Below, piece after piece: positions 12,793 to 25,801 of a stretch of 64,000 nt of DNA (its first letter is position 1; every line of letters starts with the position of its first letter). The notes below the pieces were generated by a model. The model was not told where the DNA came from. It was given only the letters and a program-made list of their open reading frames with translations, and did not search any database. The position numbers and the translations under genes are program-made. This DNA comes from Octopus bimaculoides (lineage: Eukaryota), in NCBI RefSeq assembly GCF_001194135.2, contig NC_068987.1, forward strand, positions 104,516,833 through 104,580,832, read 5' to 3'.

Positions 12793-15700
12793 ACACACAC
12801 ACACTCACACACACACACACTCACACTCACACAGGTATATAAATATACGCGCACTCAGTCAGACGTATGCATTCACAAAGGTATATACACATAGGCACAC
12901 TCAAAGTTCGTCATTATTTTTCTCCCCACCGAATCTTGTTCGATAGAGTTTCTCCAATTAACCTTTGTTATTACTAATCTCTGATCTTTCTTTCTATCGC
13001 TCTTCCTTCTTTTCTTCCTTCCTTTCGTCTTTATTCCTTTCTTTCTTCCTTTTTGTTATTATATCTTTTTTACCTTCTTGTCATCACTCCTTTCGTTATA
13101 TATTCTTTTTATTCATTAAATTTCTTTTTAAAATGTATCTGTTATTCTTTTCTGCTTCTTCAGTTATTCTTTTCTCAATTATTTCACTTCGTATAATTAC
13201 TTTTTACATTGAATAGATAGAAATATAAGAGTTTTTGCAACTTTTTCTGTATCAATCAGTCCTTTATGTTTTCTAAAATATTGTTTCTATCAAACAAGGC
13301 TAGATTCATGTTCGTTCCAGACTACCAGTAGAGGAAAGGAACATTATATCTTGTCAGCATGAGCATATTCTTTCTTAATATATATTATCTGATTCATAAA
13401 GTTACTTCAGAATTTGAAATTATTAAACTTTACGAGAATTTGTAAAATATTCCCCGGACACTTTTTCCTACATTTTATAATATGCATACATTGCAGTTTA
13501 GCAATATTCGAAATATTGGACTAATCACTCTCATTTCTAGGAACTCACACACACACACACCACCACCATCACCACCACTACCGCCACCTCCACCGCCACT
13601 CATACCAATTTAATCTCAGTTTGTTCATCTTATAAGCATGCCAAAGTTTTTCTTCTCATCATGAAAGCAATCAAACTTATGAAAATATCAAAAAACAGTT
13701 ACAACGTCATCAAAAGTCCCATTAGCATTTTGCTTTACTGCTCCACATACGTCCCGTGGTAGCCCCTGTTTTTACATACCTTATAATGCGTGTTTGATTC
13801 ATATTGCACTTTCCACAAAATTTTGCTTATATTCTGTTTCTCAGAATCCTTTACTTATCACTTTCTTATTTGTTGTTGAGGGTTGGTAAATGAACTTTCA
13901 TTATACATTTCTGAAAAGTATGTACGAATATTTAATATCCCTTTTCCTTTCTTTCAGACATAAATACCCCACACTGTTTTATATATTCCCGTTAACAGCC
14001 AGCATGGGATACTTAAACTGAACATTAACCTTAATAATCGTGCTAAATTATCCTACATAACATAACACTGTTTTCTTCCAATTCAATATGACAGAAACAA
14101 TAGCATTGTTAATTATGCCTGCGTGTATGTATATGTATACGTCAGTATGTATACGCATATATATGAATTAATATACGTAGATATACATACATAAGTACAC
14201 ACAGACAGACAGACATATATATTATATATTCGCATATCTATATCTCTCTCACTTTCTCTCTTTCCATACAGTTATATATATATATATANNNNNNNNNNNN
14301 NNNNNNNNNNNNNNNNNNNNNNNNNNNNNNNNNNNNNNNNNNNNNNNNNNNNNNNNNNNNNNNNNNNNNNNNNNNNNNNNNNNNNNNNNNNNNNNNNNNN
14401 NNNNNNNNNNNNNNNNNNNNNNNNNNNNNNNNNNNNNNTATATATATATATATATATATGTATGTAATTGCAATGATTAGCATGAAACTAGCAACAATGA
14501 AGCTGTGAAATTTTTAATTCTGACATATTACGTTTATACATAAGTGTGGGAACCGGTTTATATGTGAGTGTGCGTGCGACGGGTGCGTGTGTACGCTCTG
14601 TCAAACGAAACAACATATTTAATATAGAATTATGAATATATTATCATAATTACGAAATATTCTCCGTAGCCATACCCGTGCTTAATGCATGCAATCACAA
14701 GTATGAAACACAACGAATACGTGAAATAAGGAGTGGAAATTGCTGGTATTCTTTTCTAATATATTAGGGAAAACAGTGATGTAATTGTAGATGGGAATGA
14801 AAAACCAGATTGAAGTTATGGTCAGTGAAAAGTTAGAGCTGTCACACGTGTCTTACAGGGCCCTGGGATATATTTTTTCAAAATAAACTTTGTCTTTTGC
14901 TCATATGCTTCTACTTGTATTTCTGGTATATTTTCAGCACACTTACAAACATGCATAAACCTCAATCTGATGGGAAAGAAAAATTCTAGCTATATTATAT
15001 TATCGTAATTTTTATAGAGCCATCGTTAGTTCTGCATATATTTTCTTCCCCTCTTGTGTTGCACAAAATGTTGTTAATGTTGTTATTCGTATCTCTGCAC
15101 TCATTGCAGCTGTTGCTTTCTGGTTTATTTGATGTTGTAGCTGTTGTAATGATCTATTTTTGCTTCTCGTTGATGGTAATTACTTCAGCGACGGTGGTAA
15201 AAGCGGCATACAATGATGATTACGATGATAACGATGATGATGATAATGATGAAGGAAATCCTATAACGACAGTGACAGGGGTGACGACAGTAGTGGCTGT
15301 AAAAAAATGAGTGGTGGTGACAGTGATAGAAGTATTATGGCTATTGTGATACTTTTACTACCAATGTAACAATTAATTTTTATTTGAAAGAGATCATAAT
15401 TAACATTAGCTTATTGTTTCATTGCTTTATTTTCTCTCCTTCCGTATCCCGAGACACACTTTCGATACGTAGCTCTGTTATACTCATGTGGAAGTTTTCT
15501 CTAACAGCCAGTCAGCTAATCATTTCATCTCAGCCACTACTACTTTAGCGTCCAGCTGTCTGCTACTGTTTCGCTACTAGCCTCATTCCCGCATTTCCCG
15601 ATTAGTACATGGGATTTATCTGCCCTTGTACTAATCTATCATAGACAGCCAGCGCTTTTATCCCATTTCTCCCTGCTTTTTCTGTTCATTTTCTCCTGTA

Positions 15701-15892
15701 ATATGTCCTAAATATAATATTGGTTTGTTTAAACAGTTCTCTAGCATCTACATTTACATAACTCAAACATATATTTAAGAATATTTCAAGACCCGATTTT
15801 AAGCATATATATATTCCATTTTCTATCCATTCACTAATTAATTATAATATATTTATTTAATTAAATTTACAATTGTATTTAGAATATACATT

Positions 15893-16084
15893 TTTTCTAC
15901 TCTAGGCACAAGGCCCGAAATTTTTGGGGAGGGGGCCAGTCGATTAGATCGACCCAGTCTACAATTGGTACTTAATTTATCGACCCCCGAAAGGATGAAA
16001 GGCAAAGCCGACCTCGGCGGAATTTGAACTCAGAACATAAAGACGGAGAAATACCGCTAACGTTTCTGCCAGCTCGCTGCCTTA
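15893..16084 (-). mobile_element. SINE family B, near-intact, with ~20-bp deletion between GCTAA microhomologies
   Basis: TTTTCTACTCTAGGCACAAGGCCCGAAAT...GGAATTTGAACTCAGAAC...GCCAGCTCGCTGCCTT. The B-box-like GAGTTCAAATTCC lies on the minus strand. Confidence 0.85.
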
Positions 16085-17823
16085 TATTTAGAACATATTA
16101 AAACACTTACAATATATGAAACTTCTCTGATTTTTACCGCGGTAAAAATTATTGGCAATAATCCACACTTTATTTCACTATGGTTTTATTATGCTTAATT
16201 TTCCTATGACTCTCCATGAATATATGTTGCAGAAGAGGTAATTTAGTATATTCTTATTTAAATGTGAATATCATACAAAGAGAGAAGTTCCTGACAAGAC
16301 GATTTCGACTCCAGGTTGTAGCTTATTCGCTTCATATATAACAACAAAACTCTTAAGAAATGTGTTTATAGAAATGATAATTTGTATATTCCGCACACTT
16401 AAAACCGATAGATTAATTCTTCGTTTAGTATGTCTTCTGAAAGAGTAGTTGATTTGAATATTGCACTTTTGGTGAGAACATTTTTAATGGCTTAGTCAGG
16501 AGAGAAAGGTAGAGCTCGTGACCCCTTTACAGAGCCTCTGATACTCATGAAGAGAAGGAGGATGGTATCCTCAAAACGGACAAGAGTTTGCAACAGAATA
16601 AGCTCTGGTTAAGACACACAAGAAGCAGGTGACGTTAAACTGGGCGGCAAATTAAGTTTACCACCCAAGTAGGCTAAGGCGGGATTTGAACTCATAACGC
16701 AGAAAGCTGAAATAAACACTGCCAGGCATCCCGTCCGACGTTCAAACGATTCTCTCAACCCACTTTTCTAGATTGGTACTTTATCAGTATTACTGTACAC
16801 AGTAAGAATCTTTTGATTTCAATCCTTGATTGTAGTTCGTTCCATCCATTATTTCCCTAGTATCAAAAGAAGGCGTACGGTCTCCTCAAAAGTTTTCCTG
16901 TTTTCGTGATGACAATTAAGTAATTACACATTCATAAAAACTGTTATACAATTTGCTCCATTCATCACACAAATGCGTGGAAATATATAAATATTTATCC
17001 TTACATTTGTAGTGTTTCAAATAATGGATATTAACCAATTTTAATGTTATCCTTATTTATGCTATATACCTGTAGAGTTATGTAATTTCATATTTAAAAT
17101 TAATTTTACCTTCTTAATTGAAAAAGAAAGTATTTCGAACATTTTTTTTTTCCTATGAAAGAAAAGAAATACCGATTCAATTGAAATGAAGGATTTGAAT
17201 AATTCTGTGCTATCTTAGTAAGCATTAGTAAAACAGGAACTACTCAGTGTTTGCAAATCTAAGAACTTATAAAGTTAAGTATTAACGTGTTATATAAGAT
17301 AACGGAATCATATTGAAGATAAACAAAGCGTTCTTGAGCAAGTTTATTTCAATATTCTCATAACTGAATATCGTTTGAATAATTTTTAATGAGTATGTAC
17401 CACAAGTAAGGTTCAAGTTATCTTCGTTAGTCCCAAGCCTTGTACTAGGTTGAACATCGTCAGTGAGTGAAGAGAAATACCAGCTGTCACGCCCTGACCG
17501 TCCTCTTTGTTTACCTCTTCAATAGCTACCATCAGAATCTAACACTGGATAATGTAGTCCTGTATATGGTCACAGCTGGAATGTATTTGATTATATGCCT
17601 GCTTAAAGAGAGGTGACCTGGAGATAAACAGCAAAAAAAAAAAAAAAAAAAAAAAACAGACGCACACAAATTGACGAGACAGCGGTGAGAGCACATGTCC
17701 AGACACTCAGACTGCTTCCTAAAAGATTAACAACTGTAGGTCAGAGTGCGTTAGCAAGGTTCTCATCAAGACGGAGCTATGTTGTACATACATACATATA
17801 TACATACATACAGACAGACAAAC

Positions 17824-17876
<53 letters not shown>

Positions 17877-17959
17877 TGGGACGCGCTTAATTATCTCTTT
17901 TATAAGTCTGCTCGAAGATAGCTGACTTGGAGTTATACTGCAACAGCAATAATATATGA

Positions 17960-18142
<183 letters not shown>

Positions 18143-18336
18143 TAAAATTAGGAATATTCAGAGGAAGGGGAATATTCGTGCCTTGGGCAAGAGTATTATT
18201 AGTGGGAGTGAAGTGAATTGATTTCACCCGAGTGAGTGCTGGATGCAAATATGAAAAGTATGGAAGATTAGTTTTTGCTTTACGGTGCTCGCGACAGAAA
18301 CGTAAAAATAACTACAAGTAATATATTGCAGTAGAA

Positions 18337-18551
18337 TCGTAGCGAGCTGACAGAATTGTTAGCACGCCGGGCAAGATGTTTAGCGGCATTTCAACCGTTT
18401 TCCCGTTCTGAGTTCAAATTCTGCCGAGGCCGACTTTGTCTTTTATCCTTTCGGGTTCGATGAAAAATAAGTACCAGTTAATCACTAGGGTCAATGTGAT
18501 CGACTTACCCGCTCTCCCGAAACTGCTGGCTTTGTGCCAAAATTTGAAACC
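18337..18551 (+). mobile_element. SINE family B subfamily copy with 16-bp target-site duplication
   Basis: AATATATTGCAGTAGA at 18320-18335 and 18552-18567 flanks GCGAGCTGACAGAA...GAGTTCAAATTCTGCCGAGG...TTTGAAACC. Confidence 0.85.
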
Positions 18552-18939
18552 AATATATTGCAGTAGAGTCACTAATATAACAGTAATTATGATAAACTAA
18601 CGCCAATCTTAGCTTGTAGAATGCTATACAAAAGGACTCATGCTATTTAATTACGTCTCTTTTAAGATCCAAATTTAAATCCAGTCGTTGTAATTTTTTT
18701 CCGTCCATGCTACCAGTAATGAGTGTTAATTTTATTAACCCACGAAAAAAAAAAATGAGATCTTGGACCGTGTGTGAGTTAACATATATATCTCAAGGTT
18801 CAACACAAGTTCCGAGAAAGATGGTTCTTCCATTTCTTGCTAAACACAAATGATTTGTTTATAGTGGTCAAATGTTTGTGCTGTACATTAGCTCATTCCG
18901 TCTATCAAATTGATATTCCCTGAACAGGTGCACAGTGTA

Positions 18940-19092
18940 CCACACATCATATGACAAAGTGATCGCTGAGCAGCTTGGGATAAAGCTTTTTACTAAAGAA
19001 CATAACGCACTATCCAGCCATGATATGAAACGACGATTTCTCCTCTCGATCATGAGTACGACACCCTAACCAGTGGGCCGTGCATCCTCTCA
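18940..19092 (-). mobile_element. SINE family C head, degenerate
   Basis: The reverse complement reads GGATGCACGGCCCACTGGTTAGGGTGTCGTACTCATGATCGAG..., resembling the head of the 22803-23122 copy. Confidence 0.5.
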
Positions 19093-20018
19093 ACACAAAT
19101 ATTCAATATTAAGAAGGCTGTCCACTGGAAAACATACACGGGTTATTCAGAGTTAACAAAGGTGTTAAAACTTAACATGAATGTTCAAATAAGTTTGCGA
19201 TTAGCAAAACCTGGTATTAGTTGAAAAAGAGGACCCTGCATGAGCTAATTATCTTTATTCCTCGATGCCACATTTCCATATAGTAAACTAGTTCCTATAT
19301 GGTCACTTAGTAGTCGTGAAAACTATACTTCCGCTAATGACAGTCAAGAATACAGAAACGTTCGGAGTTGTTTCCCTTGCTACCGCGGTCACAGAATAAA
19401 ATTTGGTTTCTTAATCATGGTATTTAAACATACTGTAGTTATTCCTGACGTCAAAATGATAAGGAATCATAAAACCCCGTTTTTTTTTTAATTTCATAAT
19501 TATAGTCATAATAAATCATAATTAAATTACCAATTTATCTAATTTGTTAGTCCCAATTAATGCAGTTCACTAACTTTTCATTATAGTAAGTTAGTCCGCA
19601 GAAATTTTCATTCACCCCTAACGAAAAAGTTGCAGAATCAGAAAACTTGCGACTAACGACAATTAAGAAGAGAGAAACTTTGTGAGTTGTTTCCCTTACT
19701 AAGTTAGACAGAGGATGCAGTTAACAATCGCATAATAGGTTTTCATACCCATTGTATTTCAATCAAGTTCATATTCATATTTATCTGCGTGCGCGTGTCT
19801 ATATATGGATTTATAATGTATATACATGCACTGCTCGTGAGTTTGTATTATATACAGCGTATATATACATGTATTGTATGTGTGCACTTACGTGCATTTA
19901 TATATGTTTGTATGCGTGCATATATGTATGTACACCACAGGCTTTTGCTGTATTTTTCTCTAATGTTTGTGCATTTATGTTGACCTTATGGAAAATAAAA
20001 GAATATTTTATTGTTGTT

Positions 20019-20081
<63 letters not shown>

Positions 20082-20154
20082 ACTGTTGTTTACGATTGGT
20101 GTTATCTTAGAAGAAAATTCTTGTTTTACTAAAGCTAGGATCAGGTTTCGATTT

Positions 20155-20284
20155 GCAATAGTATTGATGCAATAGTATTGATGCAATAGTATTGATGCAA
20201 TAGTGTTGATGCAATAGTATTGATGCAATAGTATTGATGCAATAGTATTGATGCAATAGTATTGATGCAATAGTATTTTATGCA
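20155..20284. repeat. 14-bp minisatellite (GCAATAGTATTGAT) x 8 plus a variant 9th unit
   Basis: Units start at 20155, 20169 ... 20267, with one A>G variant in unit 4. Confidence 0.95.
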
Positions 20285-20479
20285 CGTTGCAAATTTCCGT
20301 GGGAAAACCATTCCTACGCAGCATCTTATTGTTTCCCTCATAAACGGTCGACTCTTCGGTAGTTTTCCTGTTTCCGAGATATCAATTAAGTAACCACACG
20401 TCGATCTTTGTATTTTACAGGAAGATGTTACAATTTTTATAGCTAGTGAAGGTATTATATAAACAGAAATACTAAAACG

Positions 20480-20850
20480 TGTTATGCGGAAGTCAGTGGG
20501 TTAATAGAATCATTAAAAAGATGATTTATACATTTCTGTATTGAAATCCTGCTGAGGTCAGTTTTGATTTTCATCCTTTTGGCATCAATGAAACAAAATA
20601 TCAGCCAAGTACTGCGAACGATTTATATTTTCATACTAATTTAAAATTTAGGTGCCAGACCAGTGAATCTTAGGAAAAGGGTCAGTCGATTAAACCGACT
20701 TCTGTACTTGTCTGGAACTTCATTTTAACGACCCAGAAAGGGTTAAAGACAAAGTTAACATCGGCGCGATTTGAATTCAGAATACAGAGCCGGAACGAAT
20801 ACCGTAAAACGTTTTCTCTGATACTCTAATATGTCAATCTACCGACCTTT
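20480..20850. mobile_element. Two degenerate family-B SINEs, tail to tail (+ ~20480-20640; - ~20640-20850)
   Basis: GAAATCCTGCTGAGGTCAGTTTTGATTTTCATCC on plus, and CAGTCGATTAAACCGAC...GATTTGAATTCAGAA in the minus-copy orientation. Confidence 0.55.
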
Positions 20851-21319
20851 ATATTCCTGTAATACATTTTACACATGAAAGGAATCATGAGAGAAGACTC
20901 CCCGCTCGCTTATTTTGATTCTAGTTTGAAACATTATTCATTCCATTGCTAGACTAGTGATTCTTAAACTTGCTGTTTCTTTTCTAATAACTTTATTATT
21001 TCATGTCTTGTCAGTATATATTAAAAATCCTTATTTTATAGCTAATATGCATAATATGTTCTATTCTATGACATTTTCCACTAAAAGAGCAGTTCGTGAG
21101 ACAATGAAGGAACTTCTTATGGTAGTTCCTCAAACTGCTAGATATTGTAACCACATTTATCTCAAATCATAACCAATTGTCGTAATACTTGAAGGATAGG
21201 TTGCACAATGTAACCATAAATATACTTTTTGAATACAAGCGTGTTTGGTTACAATTTGGAACGTCTTTGATCATGAGTTTTCTGAAGCTTAAAAACAACT
21301 TAAACAGTAAACTTATCTC

Positions 21320-21720
21320 TTTACAGCAAGCGGTGGACAATCGTCAGAAGCAAATGCTTTATGGCATTTCTTTACGCTCTGAGTTAGAATCCTGCTGAGG
21401 TCAGTTTTGCAATTCCTGTTTCTGTTGTTGATTAAATGGAATACCAGTTAAGTACCGGGGCCGTTGAACCCGACTCACTTCAACCCATCAGATTTGTTGG
21501 CCTGTTGCCTAAATTAGGAAATCTTAAAGGCGGCTAGCGGTATAATCATTAGAGCATTGAAAGAAACGTCATGCAGTATTTATTACGGCTCTTTACGTTC
21601 TCAGTACAAATCATTCCGAGTTCAACATTACCTTTTATCCTTCTGGAGTCGATAAATTAGAGTACCAGTCAAAAAGAACAATGGTACCCAATAAACCCCA
21701 TCCCTAAAAATTATGTTTTG
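21320..21720 (+). mobile_element. Two tandem degenerate family-B SINEs
   Basis: GAGTTAGAATCCTGCTGAGGTC...TACCAGTTAAGTACCGGGG, then AAAGGCGGCTAGCGG...TTTACGTTCTCAGTACAAATC...GTCGATAAATT. Confidence 0.6.
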
Positions 21721-21773
21721 AGCAAACGTATTGAAACATATCTCTGAGGATGATACGGTTTTATCACCCTGTG

Positions 21774-21862
<89 letters not shown>

Positions 21863-22314
21863 CTGCGGGTATCTTACCATACAAATAGAATGTTTTGGAA
21901 TATATAACGATATACCCTGTTCAACTCAGGGAAGAAAAGTAAGACTCTTTATCGGACATGCTTATTGTTATGTCTTTATTCGTGCTTTAAAATGACTTAT
22001 TCTCCTGAGGTGAGAGGTACTAGCCATGAATGTGATAGCACAATGCATGACTCGAAGAAGAAAACAGAATGTGCAAACATTAACACCGAATTTATATAAA
22101 AGACAAACAGAAAACGAAACGAACATCACCGAACAAAACGAGAGTAAACATCAAACTTTCACAAACGAAAAGAATAAAGAATTAGTTAATGGTGCTGGCA
22201 ACAATGACGTAAGTTTTGCCAGTGTTGCTGGTCAAAGGGAGCCCTGATACATAGTCAGATAACATAAAAAGAAAACGGTATAGAAATGATATTGGAAAGA
22301 AAAGAGTGAGTGTT

Positions 22315-22419
22315 ATATAGATGTTTTCGATCTAGTTTGGATTCTTTGCCATCAAATTTGAATTCTTTGCTATCAAATTTGATGGCAAAGAATCCAAACT
22401 AGATCGAAAATATCTATAT
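22315..22419. repeat. 105-bp near-perfect palindrome (47-bp stem, 11-nt loop)
   Basis: The 42-bp arms ATATAGATGTTTTCGATCTAGTTTGGATTCTTTGCCATCAAA and its reverse complement differ at 1 position (G.T). A further 5 bp pair inside the 21-nt spacer. Confidence 0.95.
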
Positions 22420-22717
22420 GTATCTAATTTGTCATAAACGGGAGAAGCATTGACATCAAAGCATCAGTTATAAGAAACCCTGTTTGTTGTGTGGAGTGAT
22501 GTCCCACTGAAATCTCAGCGGGACATTTGGTAGTGTGCGCCTGATCTTATGTCGAGCGTAGGTGACAGATGAACTTGGTGTACTACTCACTCACCTACAA
22601 GTTGCTACTGCAGTGTATATAGTAGGATAAAAATGGCCGTTGTCAAAGAAATTCATAATGGTTTAGACTTTTGACCCGTCTTTATATCACACACGCACAC
22701 ACACGCACGCACACGCG

Positions 22718-22755
<38 letters not shown>

Positions 22756-22802
22756 CTCAAACACACACGTACATACATACATACATACATACATACATAC
22801 AC

Positions 22803-23122
22803 TATAACTGGCACTCCGTCGGTTACGACGACGTGGGTTTCAGTTGATCCGGTCAACGGAACGGCCTGCTCGTGAAATTAACGTGCATGTGGCTGAGCTC
22901 TCCACAGACACATGTACTCTTAACGTAGGGAAATTCAGCCAGACAGAGTATGAGACAGGGCTGGCCCTTTGAAATACAGGTACAACTCATTTTTGCTAGC
23001 TGAGTGGACTGGACTAACGTGAAATAAAGTGTCTTGCTCAAGGACACAACGCATCGCCGGGAATTGAACTTACGACCTCGCGATCGTGATCCGAATATCC
23101 TAACCACTGAGCTATGCACTTT
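22803..23122 (-). mobile_element. tRNA-derived SINE family C, full length
   Basis: Minus strand reads TAGCTCAGTGGTTAGG (A box)...AGTTCAATTCC (B box)...GTGTCCTTGAGCAAGACACTT (CORE-like)...GACGGAGTGCCA tail. Confidence 0.85.
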
Positions 23123-23234
23123 CACACATACACACATATATATATCTATACCTATGTATGTATGTATGTATGTATGTATGTATGTATGTATGTATGTATG
23201 TATGTATGTATGTATGGATAGATAGGTAGATAGG

Positions 23235-23286
<52 letters not shown>

Positions 23287-23987
23287 CAGATAGACAAACC
23301 GACAGATAATTAGATATTTGTAGTTCTTAACCTCTTTGTGGATGCAAAAGAAAAGCTCTTAGACTAAAGGTAGTTCAAAGAAGAGGCGATAAAGCAAAGT
23401 TGACAGGGTGAGCAACGGATAGTAGGAGAGCCTGCAATGACAATATTAAACCCCACGAACGGCTGCTTTCGCAGCAGCTCCGAGAAGAGCCACAAAACTC
23501 ACCACACTTTTATAGTTAGAGACCGACTTCCAGAAAGCTGTAAGGAATCCTTCTAGTTGCATCATTCCGTCATCGTAAAACTATTCGAAGTAAATGGAGG
23601 ATAGAAAGGGCTGGTCAATCGTCAAAGAACCAACAAAGAACTGAAGAGTTTACTTAACAAACTGAGGGTAAGAATATGCTTTATATGTTGCTTGAAAAGG
23701 AGCTGGACTCAAATCTTGTGGAACAATAGACTGCCAATGCAATCCACACGAATAGTCTCTGAATACCTAGGATTTAAGCTACACAGAGCACCTGGGACAC
23801 TTCTCATCCAAACCAACACCAAAGAATTTGCCAATCACATTTGGGAGCACCGTTTTTATAGGAATGAGTGTTCATGAGCAAGTCTACAGAGTACCCTAAT
23901 CTTATCCAAAAGGAGTTTCTGCATTGTATATCTGTATATTGGTAATTATGTTTTATTTTGTGTTATTTATCTACCTATATGCTTTAC

Positions 23988-24044
<57 letters not shown>

Positions 24045-24052
24045 CCCCCCCC

Positions 24053-24101
<49 letters not shown>

Positions 24102-24341
24102 ATGCTTATAACGATAGAGAATATGGAAACTGGTACAACCTCAAAATTCACTCGCTTTTATTTTACAATATCATACAGCATATTTTTACGACGACCTACA
24201 CGTGTTTCCACTGCACAGAGTATGAGCAGTTGCATATCCAAGTAGTCATAGATGTTAAATACCAATCGATACCGTTAGCCGTATCCTGGAACATAACTGA
24301 GAGCTACCACGGTATCCGTCCGGATAATAAATCCCTTTAAA

Positions 24342-24378
<37 letters not shown>

Positions 24379-24483
24379 GAATGCACGCACATACACACAC
24401 ACACGCATGCGCGCGCGCGCACACACGTATGTATGTATGTATGTATGTATGTATGTATGTATGTATGTATGTATGTATGTATG

Positions 24484-24833
24484 CGTGTCTCTTCTATCTT
24501 TTAATTATTGAGATGAAGTTAACACAGACAAATTCACAGTTGGAACTTGAGAAAAATCTTGCATATTTTTACTGTTCCACTCACAGATTGGACTTGCAAT
24601 GTACGGATCAGCCAGTCAGTTTCTCTTCCTGAAAATCCCAGTTTATCCAGATTTTCCTTTAAGCTTTTACTAGCAAAACCTAGTGCTCCAATTATTATCG
24701 GTATAAATATGAATTCATAGTCTGGATATAGAAGTTGGAGATTTCGAAGTAGTTGTCCTTAGATATGCTCTTTTTCTTCGATTTTCAAAGAGATATTTAT
24801 ATCTGCAGGGCAGCTAACCTCTATGATAGTACA
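24484..24833 (-). mobile_element. 5'-truncated R4/Dong element (end of RLE domain plus 3' UTR) embedded in (TACA)n
   Basis: The reverse complement aligns with 62995-63395 (GAGGTTAGCTGCCCTGCAGATATAAATAT...AGAAGAGAC). (ATGT)n arrays lie on both sides (24428-24483, 24834-24905). Confidence 0.9.
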
Positions 24834-25347
24834 TATGTATGTATGCATGTATGTATGCATGTATGTATGTATGTATGTATGTATGTATGTATGTATGTAT
24901 GTATGTGCGCATCCGTGTTTGTGTTTGTATGTGTTAGAAAGCGGAGTAAGTAACTTTGTTTGATAAACGTACACATATACGTTTGCATGTTTGTGTAAGA
25001 TTTAATAGGAGGATTTCTCCCTGTAATTTAATTGTGTGTATAGTCATTGAATCATCTGCATTGAACCATTCTGGTTATTTTCATTAGATGTGCTTATATA
25101 AATAAGCTCGTGTTACTCTTCTATTTTTTGCTAAGTATACATAAGAAAAGAAGACTGGTGGTCGTTGTTTTTGTTATTGCCGTTGTTGTTCTGTTTTATA
25201 TATATTCATTAATATTTCTTTCAATGCCGACAATGAATTTCGGTTTGGGGGAGAAACAGGGTACGAGGCTGAGAGGCTTATGAACAGCATAAATGGCATG
25301 AAGACAGGAAAAAAGAAAAAGGTGAGGAAGGGAAAGAGAGAGGGGAT

Positions 25348-25417
<70 letters not shown>

Positions 25418-25640
25418 AAGCAGGAAAGAGAGGGGGAGAGTATGGATATATGAAGGCTCGTATGGGGAAAGGGATGAAGAGAAAGGAATATATGGACAAG
25501 TTTTCGTATGAGTCTGTATCTGTGTTTGTGTGCGAACATATATGTATGTATGCATGTATGTATGTGTATGTATGTATGTATGTATGTATATATATATACA
25601 TATGTGGTGAAGCAACTGTTGCTGACCCCTTAATTATGTT

Positions 25641-25672
<32 letters not shown>

Positions 25673-25748
25673 CATGTATAAATACATATAAATATATATA
25701 TATATTTATATGTGCACACATACACACATACACACACGCACGCACACA

Positions 25749-25801
<53 letters not shown>

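Noticed and set aside
20155-20284. Regular repeat array as CRISPR
   Set aside because: The 14-bp units are contiguous with no spacers and no cas genes, in eukaryotic context.
20421-20451. Possible 31-nt exon (TTTTACAG|GAAGAT...GAAG|GTATTA)
   Set aside because: The donor is weak, it is not frame-preserving, and no partner exons were found.
22378-22419. TTGATGG...CGAAAA in the palindrome arm as a hammerhead
   Set aside because: A9 is missing and there is no convincing stem II.
23350-23900. Possible LINE remnant (EYLGFK motif)
   Set aside because: A single short motif with no colinear support. The family cannot be assigned.
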